A stretch of DNA of 45,479 bases from a virus, in the IMG/VR virus record IMGVR_UViG_3300045747_000435, positions 1-45,479 of that record. One strand, written 5' to 3'. The notes beneath the pieces were generated by a model. That model searched no databases. It saw nothing but the letters and a program-made list of their open reading frames with translations, and was not told the DNA's origin. Both the position numbers and the translations under genes were made by a program. Positions 1-7,498 of this stretch are shown here, one piece after another; positions within the stretch are counted from its first letter, which is position 1; each line of letters opens with the position of its first letter.

Positions 1-127
1 GTGCCGGTTCGATTCCGGCCCCGGGCACCATAGGTTTGGCGCTATAGAAATGATAGCTACGTCTGCATCGTGTCTGCAACCATGTCTGCATTTACTTGTG
101 CGATACGGCAGCAACGCCTTGTATCTT
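1..127. repeat. Terminal exact direct repeat, copy 1 (identical to 45353-45479); probable circular-closure overlap
   Basis: 127/127 identity read by eye. Covers the tRNA-like 3' end (1-30), three GTCTGCA heptamers (61-90) and the 3' end of the holin CDS (92-127). Confidence 0.9.
61..92 (+). promoter_or_regulatory. Putative integrase arm-type sites (P' arm): three direct GTCTGCA heptamers at 61-67, 72-78 and 84-90
   Basis: Direct heptamers spaced 11-12 bp apart, about 30 bp downstream of the tRNA-like CCA end. Duplicated at 45413-45442 by the terminal overlap. Confidence 0.45.
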
Positions 128-490
128 CTCTAAGGTGCGAAGCCCGCCCAGGCCAAGCATCCCCATGAGAATTGGCATCATTTCTGAAATGTCTGCTGGG
201 CGTAGGTTCAGCGTCTTGCCAAGGTAGGCCGCGACAAAGACCGCGATGGGAAGTCCAATCCAGTTCCACGCGCAGGCCGCTCCACATACCCAGCCGATAA
301 AAGGTCGCCAGCCGGACACGAACACCGAAGGGTTCTTGGCCTCTTCCTTATTCGTGTCGGTCTGCGCCTGAATCAGAGCAAGGCTTGCTGCCAACTGCGC
401 TTTTTCCGATTCGGTCTTGTCGGGGAAGAACATCCCGATGATCCCTTTGGCAGCTTCTGCCGCTGCGCCAAGTCCTGTTAAGTCTGCCAT
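92..490 (-). CDS. Holin, three-TM 'GTA-type' holin family
   Basis: MADLTGLGAAAEAAKGIIGMFFPDK...SVFVSGWRPFIGWVCG...LGLGGLRTLEKIQG matches my recollection of the holin-of-3TMs family. Start ATG at 490 with a GGAGAA SD and TAATG overlap with the upstream ORF. The track ORF start at 544 is probably too long. Confidence 0.75.
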   Translation of the reverse strand: MADLTGLGAAAEAAKGIIGMFFPDKTESEKAQLAASLALIQAQTDTNKEEAKNPSVFVSGWRPFIGWVCGAACAWNWIGLPIAVFVAAYLGKTLNLRPADISEMMPILMGMLGLGGLRTLEKIQGVAAVSHK

Positions 491-714
491 TACAGTTCTC
501 CAAAGTAAGTCTGTTGAAGCGGCTGGTGCGTCAACGTGCGCCAAAGAATCCAGATTGCAGTTCCAAGGCCATGCGCTTCCCTGCTACGTCCTTGGTCAAC
601 GTAGTACGTCCGTTTGTCCAGCAACTTGACCAAAGCGATAGCTTCCAGTTCGGTCAAGCGTGCGTCCAGTGGGTTGACCTCATGCAACATAGTTTTTGGT
701 CCCATGCTCATCAA
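490..714 (-). CDS. Hypothetical small protein between endolysin and holin (start uncertain: TTG 714, ATG 711/705/690)
   Basis: Fills the endolysin-holin gap. Its stop overlaps the holin ATG (TAATG). No recognisable motif and no TM segment. Confidence 0.4.
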   Translation of the reverse strand: MMSMGPKTMLHEVNPLDARLTELEAIALVKLLDKRTYYVDQGRSREAHGLGTAIWILWRTLTHQPLQQTYFGEL

Positions 715-1108
715 TCACAAGTGCTTGGCGCTGCATACCGTTGAAAGCAATGTGGCACCATGAGTTCCACTCCAAGATCACCTGTTTGAAGTCCAAGTCG
801 GACTCTAGGATTGCGTCAACAATATCTTGAGGTGTGCCGTAGTTCGGACAGATAAAGTCCACGGCAAAGCCCGTTACGTGGTCACTGGTAGGTTTCGACC
901 CCACTGCCGCGTTGACGCCATTAGGTCCGGGCGACCTGTACCACGAATTGATGTGGATTGGTCGTTTACCGAGCATCAAGCGTATGGACTCCATACCCGC
1001 CGCAGCCGCTTTCATGTTCTCAATGACGTTGGCTGGAGGGTCGTTATCAATGCCACGGTGGGATGTGGCAATTGCCTCTTCCAGAGTGAAGTGTTCTGAC
1101 AAGTTCAT
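680..1108 (-). CDS. Endolysin, peptidase M15 (VanY/M15A-like zinc D-Ala-D-Ala/L-Ala-D-Glu peptidase)
   Basis: SWYRSPGPN...SDHVTGFAVDF...WCHIAF (H/D/H zinc-ligand pattern). ATGA overlap with the upstream gene. Sits in the lysis cassette. Confidence 0.8.
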   Translation of the reverse strand: MNLSEHFTLEEAIATSHRGIDNDPPANVIENMKAAAAGMESIRLMLGKRPIHINSWYRSPGPNGVNAAVGSKPTSDHVTGFAVDFICPNYGTPQDIVDAILESDLDFKQVILEWNSWCHIAFNGMQRQALVIDEHGTKNYVA

Positions 1109-1518
1109 TTCTTGGACTCCAGACGCTCGATGCGGGCCTCGATGCGGGCATCGGTGAGTTGCCCCTCATGCAGCGCGGTGTGGATCGCTTTAATGTCGTT
1201 GGCCGCGTAGACGATTGCGGCAATCACCACCGACTGCGCTGCGCCCAGAACCCACGCCGCAACTTTCCAGGCACCCTTGCCTTGATTCAGCAACTCGGCG
1301 TCCTCTTCGACTTTCTGCTCAAACCGTTCCAGGTGTTCTTCAAACTTGTTGTTCAGGCTTGCCGTCACCTGGGTGTTCGCCACCAGGCTGTTGTTGATGC
1401 TGTTCAAGATGATTAAAAAGCTGCGTTGCTTTGGATCATTCTCTTCAGCGATCATGGCCTCGATGTCGTGTCGTTTCATGTCCGACGCACGCCGAGAATA
1501 CAGTGACGAATCTGTCAT
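1105..1518 (-). CDS. Membrane protein of lysis cassette (single TM, coiled-coil flanks), function unknown
   Basis: Hydrophobic stretch AWKVAAWVLGAAQSVVIAAIVYAA. ATGA overlaps at both ends. Confidence 0.6.
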   Translation of the reverse strand: MTDSSLYSRRASDMKRHDIEAMIAEENDPKQRSFLIILNSINNSLVANTQVTASLNNKFEEHLERFEQKVEEDAELLNQGKGAWKVAAWVLGAAQSVVIAAIVYAANDIKAIHTALHEGQLTDARIEARIERLESKK

Positions 1519-1757
1519 TTTTGAAATTCCTGTGAGTACTGACGCCGCAATAGTTCTGACTCATAGGCAGCGCGGCAATGGTCGCGTTGTAACGGATAAA
1601 ACAGGAAATCGATCACTTTTCGCATGAACCCCCAAAAGTGGCCGTCGCGCTCCATGCGGTACGCCGCACTGGACATCGTTTCATCCGGCTCACCGTTGCA
1701 GATCGCCACGTTGATGAACTGGTCCAGGGCGATCAATACGCGAAGGATGTAGTTCAT
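1515..1757 (-). CDS. Hypothetical protein (80 aa)
   Basis: ATG at 1757 forms an ATGA overlap with the upstream stop. The LDQ..N....G.PDET.SS motif recalls small conserved phage proteins. The track start at 1766 is GTG. Confidence 0.55.
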   Translation of the reverse strand: MNYILRVLIALDQFINVAICNGEPDETMSSAAYRMERDGHFWGFMRKVIDFLFYPLQRDHCRAAYESELLRRQYSQEFQK

Positions 1758-2326
1758 AGCGGCCACCCGATAACGCTGAGTTGTTCGGGAGTCGTGGCCG
1801 CGTCGATCAGGGACCGTAACTCGGTGGCGACCGCAAATTGCGTTTGGACGTGCGTCCCGAGGGCCACGCCGACGGCGATCATAGCCGCCGCGTTTAGTGC
1901 GTGCGTCGTGTTATCGGCCAGCGTCCACACGGTCGCAAACGACGAACTAAGCGTCGCCAGCGTTACCGCCCCGGTTATGCGCGCCTGTGCGATCTGATCC
2001 GAGTCGAACGTCGAACCGTCCCACACAAAACCCGCGTACTCGCGGACCTCGCGCTCGGCCTTGATCGCGGCCCACTTTTCAGCTTTGAGTTGGTCGAGTG
2101 TGCGAGGGTCGTACCACTGTTTTGCAACGTAGTCGAAAACGTGGTTCGGCGAGGGTTGCGCGGGCATTACCACCAATGCGCCGTTTTCGACGTAGTGGGT
2201 GTAGGGGTGCAATTCTTCCGAAGTGGTGAACCCCATCGCGGAAATCACCGGGTCGGGGTGTTCACTCGGCGGGTATTGATTAATGAACGTAACTTGACCC
2301 GCCGGGGTGTGGTAGTAGTAAAACAT
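1754..2326 (-). CDS. DUF4376-like protein (tail fibre accessory/assembly-like)
   Basis: C-terminal pattern KAEKWAAIKAERE...GFVWDGSTFDSD..AQARITGA...DNT...L typical of DUF4376. Immediately downstream of the J-like gene. Confidence 0.6.
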   Translation of the reverse strand: MFYYYHTPAGQVTFINQYPPSEHPDPVISAMGFTTSEELHPYTHYVENGALVVMPAQPSPNHVFDYVAKQWYDPRTLDQLKAEKWAAIKAEREVREYAGFVWDGSTFDSDQIAQARITGAVTLATLSSSFATVWTLADNTTHALNAAAMIAVGVALGTHVQTQFAVATELRSLIDAATTPEQLSVIGWPL

Positions 2327-2328
2327 TT

Positions 2329-5300
2329 TTAGACCTTATTCTCGGTAAGGATCACGTCTGCATAGGCGTTAATCGTCGTCCCCACGGGTAACGTCAGGGC
2401 CGCGCCTAACGACGTGAATCCGCGCACGTCTAAGTAAAAGCGGACGCCATGCGATCCCGCAATCCAATCGGTAAACCTGCATATGACAGGGATCTGAAAA
2501 CGGGTATTCCTAAAGGTCGAGTTTGTCGGGTATGCGTAGATTTCAGAGGCAAATGCTACGGGTGTGGTTCCCCCTCCTAGAGCGGGAGGTACGGACCACC
2601 CGAGGCCAAAATTCCCGGTCTCGTCTTTTAGGTAGACGTTAACCTGAAACCAATACAAGGTAGACAGGTTACAGATCACCCCAATATCTAGTAGGGCGTT
2701 CAGTGTTACGGGTGCGCCTGTGCAAGTTAATAAACTCGACCCGCTTAATACCGTCACACTGGTGGCCGCCACGCTGGACACCGTCGAGAAATACGCCCGG
2801 CCCGAGGACGCCGCCACCGTCGCCGCGTTAGCGACTAGCCTGTCGGTTGTGATTGTCCCGGCGGATATTTTGGCGGCTGTGATCGTCCCCGTCGCGATCT
2901 CGTTCGCGGTGATCGCTCCCGCTGCGATTTGCGAGGCCGTGATCGTGTTCGCCGCTATTTGCCCAGCAGTTATCGTGTTCGCCGCGATTTGCCCTGCGGT
3001 GATCGTATTGGCCGCTAGTTGCGTGGCCGTGATTGCACCAGCAGCGATCTGCCCTGCTGTGATGGTGTTAGCTGCGATCTTGGCCGCAGTGATGGCACCA
3101 TCAACGATCAGTTCGCCCGTTACCAATTCCTCGATGCGAATGTCCTGCGCTTCCATGTAGCCAGCAGTGCTGGAATAATTTACCAACACCATTGGCGATG
3201 CCCACGGTGTCGTTGCCGTCCATATCCATGAAAACTCTGACCACGTTCCGCTGGGAACAACACCCTCCACGGAGCCTGCTATCTGGGTATAGCCACCAGT
3301 GTTTTTGGTAGTGTAGGCGTCAATCCGCAGATACATCGTGCCATTGCCACCAACATTTCGGGCCTTGCACGACACCTTGTATTGCTTGCCAATCGCAACT
3401 GGTACGCGGTTCGTTCCGTATGCCGACGCCCCACCAACGCCACCCCTGAGAGTTGTGGTGCCGGATACACCATCGGTGACACTGCCTTGCGTGGGGAAAG
3501 CGCCCCAGTTGCAAATCGTCCACGCTGCCGTGTCTGCGAAACCTGCGTCAAGCCATATGTTTTGACCCGCGCTTGGGGCAACAACCAGCTTGCCCGTGGT
3601 AATTGCACCCGCCGCAATGTCGGCGGCTTGAATGGTGCCCGCCGCAATCTTTCCTGCCACCACCGCGCCAGCGGCCAATTCGCTTGACGTAATAGCCCCG
3701 GCTGCAATCTGCGAGGCTGTAATGGTGTCGGCAGCAATCTGCGATGCAGTCACGGCACCGGCGTTGATCTTGGCCGTGGTGATGCTGTTGTCGGTGATCT
3801 GAGTGCTGACAATCTGACCCGTGATCTTAGCCGCAGCTATTGCTGCAAGCTGAGAGTCAGACAGAGTGCCCGTGACCTTGCTTGCGGCCATGCCAGCAAT
3901 CTGCGCGTCCGCAACCGTACCAGAGAGGTCGGTGGTCGGCACTGTCGCAACGTAGGCAGAACCGTTCCAGCGGTACAACTTGCCATCCGTTGTGTTGACG
4001 ATGGCCCGCGTGGTCAAGGTTCCAGGTACGCTGGAGACAACACTTACCGGCTCAATGCCCGCAGCGAAGGCATTGGCACTGATAATCCCGGCGGCAACCT
4101 GCCCAGAGGTGAGCGATCCCGGGATGCTACCCAAGGATATGGACCCGCCCCCAGCACCGCTCAAGGTGCCAGAACTGCTCAAAGTGATGGTGCTGTTGTC
4201 CAAGGCCACGGCAGCGTAGGTCACCGATAGTGCGCCCGTGCCCGCGCTGTAGTTGCCCGAGGTATCGCGGTGCTTCGCCCAGATGTTGAATGCGGTGCCC
4301 GTTGGCCGCGTCCACAGGAACGTGTTTGCGGTGCCTTGGTAGATGATCGTGCCAGCGGCCCAAGATGCGCCCACCTTGATAGTGGTGTCCTGGTAGTCCT
4401 TGTCCGCGCACATGTCCCAGGAGAGTTGGATGCCCGCCTCATTGGTGACATAGGCCAGCGAAGTGACATCCGCTGGGGGCGCACTCTTGCCAGCCACCGT
4501 GTGCGGCGATGCCGTGTACCAGGCCGATTGCGTGCCCATCGAGTTAACGAATCGGATGCGCACGTTGTAGATCAGCGTGTCCTTGACCGGGGAGATGTAG
4601 GCCACACCCTGCGCTGCCTCGGCATCCGCAATCGACTGCCAAGCGGTGTCGGTGGAGAGTTTGTATTCGATCTCAGCGATGGTGGTGAATACGTCCCCCG
4701 GGGGAGTCCACACGCACTTGATCCGACTGATGATCGACCCGTCGCCGCCAATCAGCAAATCGCTGGTGCCGCTGGAGAGCGTCAGTGCGCTGGGCGTGGT
4801 GATAGCAAATGGGTTTGGCAGGCTCAGTGTCGGCGTGCTGGTGATCGCGGTCAGCGTGTCCAGGTTGTAGACCGTGGCATCGTACTCATGCAGGACCACC
4901 TCCACGTCATCGTCATCGCGCAGCACCATCGAGAACACGCGGAACGTCTTGTTCACCCAGCCAGTGGTTGTGTGCGTGATGTTGACCACATCACCAACCT
5001 CGCACCGCAGTGCAGATTGGAATGCGCTGAACGACACCGTCAGGCCGAAGCGGCTTTGTTTGAGCTGTAGGCCCGCGAGTTGTTGTGCGGTGTACAGGTT
5101 TGTCGTAAACGGCAAGTCCAGCGTAGCTTCAAGCATCAGTCCGTTGTCTACGGCACGGTACGCTGTCGAGTCGCTGATCCCGTAATTCGGTTGCCAACTG
5201 TTATTGGGGTCGTAGAACGTGGCCGTCACCCGGTTGACCCGGTCCTTGCGGCCCGCAGTCGCGATGGTCCAGTTGCCGGTGATGTTGTCTTCATCGAACG

Positions 5301-6342
5301 TGAACGCTGCCGTAGTTGCGCGGTCAGGGATCAACTTGTACTTGCCCGCCGAGAAGACCAGCATCCCCCGGCAACTTGTCAGCAGAGACTTGACGTTGTT
5401 GTACGCGGTGTTGTCCACGTTGACCACACCGTTGCAGGTATACCGCTTCTGGGTTCCCGTAGGGATGGTAACCAGTTCATCGCAGTAGTTCGCCGCCGCG
5501 ATGATGCTGGCGTCATCGATGAGGGATGCGGGGATGCCCTTGCCGTACCGGGTGCTGGTCAGGTAGTCGCGGACGCACAGCGCGGGGTTGTCCGACCAGG
5601 CAGTGGTGCTGGTGCGCGGGTCATAGACCTTGACACCTTTCACATCGGCAGTAATGGTGGGGAGTCCGCTGAACGCTGTGGTCGAGTACTTCAACTTCAA
5701 ATATATGTACCCAACACCGTGCCCATTATGGTTTGCAGTCCAAAAACTTGGAAGGTCTGCCATTAGCGCAGCGTTGGATGCTTGCGTGTTCACCCCTGCA
5801 AAAAAAGCCCACGACACCAACCCGGTGAACTTGGTGTCAGTGACCAAAACATCATCGATGTAGACGCTATTAAACGAATCGATTTCGCCTTCGCTCAAGG
5901 CCACCACAAGGTGCAGGTATTCGTTGGTGGCCCCCGACACGTTTACAAATACGCGGGTGCCGCCCACCTTGCGCGTGCCGTAGATCACTGGGAGCGCGGC
6001 CACATTACTCGCGGTGTTGATCAGCACACCTTGGGCCATTGCGCTAGTCACGGGCGTTGGGGCCTGTGCCATATCGCTGCCCATCTGATCCAAGATGTAC
6101 AGCGTGGTCAAACCCTTGGCGACGGCACCCGCTGTGTAAATCGTACTAGCAGACAGGGTGCCGAAGGCAGTGGAGCCGAGTTGCCACTGCACCGCTTCGC
6201 CCACCATGCTGGGCACGAAGTAGAGTGCGGCCAGTTCCCCAATCGTCACCAGGTCATTGCCAGAACCCGGGGCGATGTCGTTACCGAGGTCGCGGACCCC
6301 TTGCTTGGTGTCGTTCCAAAGCTTGTCTAAAAAGCCACCCAT
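2329..6342 (-). CDS. Host-specificity / central tail fibre protein (lambda J-like), 1337 aa
   Basis: Size and position after the tail-tip genes. J-like N-terminal two thirds. C-terminal part carries two blocks of 10-aa repeats flanking a CBM-like domain. ATG 6342 overlaps the upstream stop (TAATG). Alternative GTG at 6357. Confidence 0.8.
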   Translation of the reverse strand: MGGFLDKLWNDTKQGVRDLGNDIAPGSGNDLVTIGELAALYFVPSMVGEAVQWQLGSTAFGTLSASTIYTAGAVAKGLTTLYILDQMGSDMAQAPTPVTSAMAQGVLINTASNVAALPVIYGTRKVGGTRVFVNVSGATNEYLHLVVALSEGEIDSFNSVYIDDVLVTDTKFTGLVSWAFFAGVNTQASNAALMADLPSFWTANHNGHGVGYIYLKLKYSTTAFSGLPTITADVKGVKVYDPRTSTTAWSDNPALCVRDYLTSTRYGKGIPASLIDDASIIAAANYCDELVTIPTGTQKRYTCNGVVNVDNTAYNNVKSLLTSCRGMLVFSAGKYKLIPDRATTAAFTFDEDNITGNWTIATAGRKDRVNRVTATFYDPNNSWQPNYGISDSTAYRAVDNGLMLEATLDLPFTTNLYTAQQLAGLQLKQSRFGLTVSFSAFQSALRCEVGDVVNITHTTTGWVNKTFRVFSMVLRDDDDVEVVLHEYDATVYNLDTLTAITSTPTLSLPNPFAITTPSALTLSSGTSDLLIGGDGSIISRIKCVWTPPGDVFTTIAEIEYKLSTDTAWQSIADAEAAQGVAYISPVKDTLIYNVRIRFVNSMGTQSAWYTASPHTVAGKSAPPADVTSLAYVTNEAGIQLSWDMCADKDYQDTTIKVGASWAAGTIIYQGTANTFLWTRPTGTAFNIWAKHRDTSGNYSAGTGALSVTYAAVALDNSTITLSSSGTLSGAGGGSISLGSIPGSLTSGQVAAGIISANAFAAGIEPVSVVSSVPGTLTTRAIVNTTDGKLYRWNGSAYVATVPTTDLSGTVADAQIAGMAASKVTGTLSDSQLAAIAAAKITGQIVSTQITDNSITTAKINAGAVTASQIAADTITASQIAAGAITSSELAAGAVVAGKIAAGTIQAADIAAGAITTGKLVVAPSAGQNIWLDAGFADTAAWTICNWGAFPTQGSVTDGVSGTTTLRGGVGGASAYGTNRVPVAIGKQYKVSCKARNVGGNGTMYLRIDAYTTKNTGGYTQIAGSVEGVVPSGTWSEFSWIWTATTPWASPMVLVNYSSTAGYMEAQDIRIEELVTGELIVDGAITAAKIAANTITAGQIAAGAITATQLAANTITAGQIAANTITAGQIAANTITASQIAAGAITANEIATGTITAAKISAGTITTDRLVANAATVAASSGRAYFSTVSSVAATSVTVLSGSSLLTCTGAPVTLNALLDIGVICNLSTLYWFQVNVYLKDETGNFGLGWSVPPALGGGTTPVAFASEIYAYPTNSTFRNTRFQIPVICRFTDWIAGSHGVRFYLDVRGFTSLGAALTLPVGTTINAYADVILTENKV
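2849..3118 (-). repeat. About nine tandem 30-bp (10-aa) coding repeats, consensus ITAGQIAANT
   Basis: GTGATCG... units begin at 2849, 2879, 2909, 2939, 2969, 2999, 3029, 3059 and 3089. Confidence 0.85.
3590..3900 (-). repeat. Second block of degenerate 30-bp (10-aa) coding repeats in the J-like gene
   Basis: Protein segment ...ITASQIAADTITASQIAAGAITSSELAAGAVVAGKIAAGTIQAADIAAGAITTGKL... Confidence 0.7.
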
Positions 6343-6899
6343 TATTTGGTCCCCCACTTCATTTGCTTATTGATCTGGGTGACGTAGTCGAAGAACTTGT
6401 CGCCTGGGAAATACACGTTTTGTTCCTGCGAATTTGTGTGCCGCCCTGGCTTACGATCAAAGTCACCCCACTGGTTGGTGGCACCAATCGCCACGGTGCA
6501 ATCTGACGGGCCGTCGCTGACCGTCATCGTGTCCATGCGACCGTCGAATATGCAGATTGGCGAAGTGATTACGCCCTGTGCTTCATCCAAGAACGCTTTG
6601 TAAATAAGCAGTTGCCTGTCCAGGAACGGCTCACTTAGCGCCAGCGCGACATAAGACTGATCGACGCCGGAAATAGCCAGGGTCACGTTGGGGATGGACA
6701 TGTCGCTAGACTCTTCAAGCCCGGTGAACGACAGCACTTTGCCAAATCCGTTGTAGACGTGCCCACCCCAACTTATTGAGCGTTGGCAGTCGGTGACGTA
6801 GTCCACCCCGCTGTCGAAGTGCAACTCAAAAAGGTAGCAAGGTGCGTTGGCACTCTTTACCAATTCGGTAATGAACGGGGACGATGCGCCGCGATCCAT
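6342..6899 (-). CDS. Minor tail / tail-tip protein (DUF2163- or DUF1833-like)
   Basis: Position between the distal tail protein and the J-like gene. The pattern APCYLFELHFDSG...NVTLAISGVD... recalls tail-tip families. Confidence 0.55.
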   Translation of the reverse strand: MDRGASSPFITELVKSANAPCYLFELHFDSGVDYVTDCQRSISWGGHVYNGFGKVLSFTGLEESSDMSIPNVTLAISGVDQSYVALALSEPFLDRQLLIYKAFLDEAQGVITSPICIFDGRMDTMTVSDGPSDCTVAIGATNQWGDFDRKPGRHTNSQEQNVYFPGDKFFDYVTQINKQMKWGTK

Positions 6900-7498
6900 C
6901 AGTACACCTCAACCACATTGATGTTCAGGGGGGCAAGCCCCCCAGCACCCGCGACGATGTCGGAGTTGTCGGAGGTGATTGCAACGGTGAAGGGGACGCT
7001 GGATGTCACGATGACCTCGCTATTCGCTGGGCTTTGCATGAGGGCAGGCTCGATGCTCACAGTCGCGTTTCCAGACACATCTGAGTTGGCGTCTGCCGTC
7101 ACCATGTACACCTTGGTGTGGCCGCTGAACTTGAGCAAATCCCCTGCTTTGGCGACACCCGTTGTAACGGCTGTAAAGCCTTTTAGGGAAATTGTTCGAC
7201 CCGTCTGCGCGGCCCCGTTCACCAGCGGTGTGCCCGACCATGATCCGCGAGGTGCGTTGCTGCCATTGAGCGTGCAAGTGAAGGTGTCGAACTGCCCGCG
7301 CTGGGCGATCAGGAATGCGTAAAACACCATGAAGTGGTCCCGCAGCATCGGCGTCCAGGTGTAGCTGATGCCCCACCGCTGTGCGTTGCGCGTGCGCACC
7401 TGGCGTTTGAGGGACTGCGACACCGAGATGCGTGTCGGTTGGATCGATGACAGGGTTGCCGTCGCCGGTCCCCGGACTGTAGGTAGTGTCCCGCTCAT
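6899..7498 (-). CDS. Distal tail protein-like minor tail protein
   Basis: Directly follows the tape measure gene (ATGA overlap at 7495-7498). 199 aa and beta-rich. Confidence 0.55.
   Translation of the reverse strand: MSGTLPTVRGPATATLSSIQPTRISVSQSLKRQVRTRNAQRWGISYTWTPMLRDHFMVFYAFLIAQRGQFDTFTCTLNGSNAPRGSWSGTPLVNGAAQTGRTISLKGFTAVTTGVAKAGDLLKFSGHTKVYMVTADANSDVSGNATVSIEPALMQSPANSEVIVTSSVPFTVAITSDNSDIVAGAGGLAPLNINVVEVY

Noticed and set aside
1-127. 127-bp terminal repeats as attL/attR of an integrated prophage
   Set aside because: The repeat starts mid-way through the tRNA-like segment and extends 97 nt beyond the CCA into the holin coding sequence. No host-like flanks are present. An exact 127-nt overlap fits circular-contig closure better.
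2329-6342. Diversity-generating retroelement targeting the repeat-rich C-terminus of the J-like protein
   Set aside because: There is no reverse transcriptase gene anywhere in the genome and no template-repeat copy of the C-terminal region.
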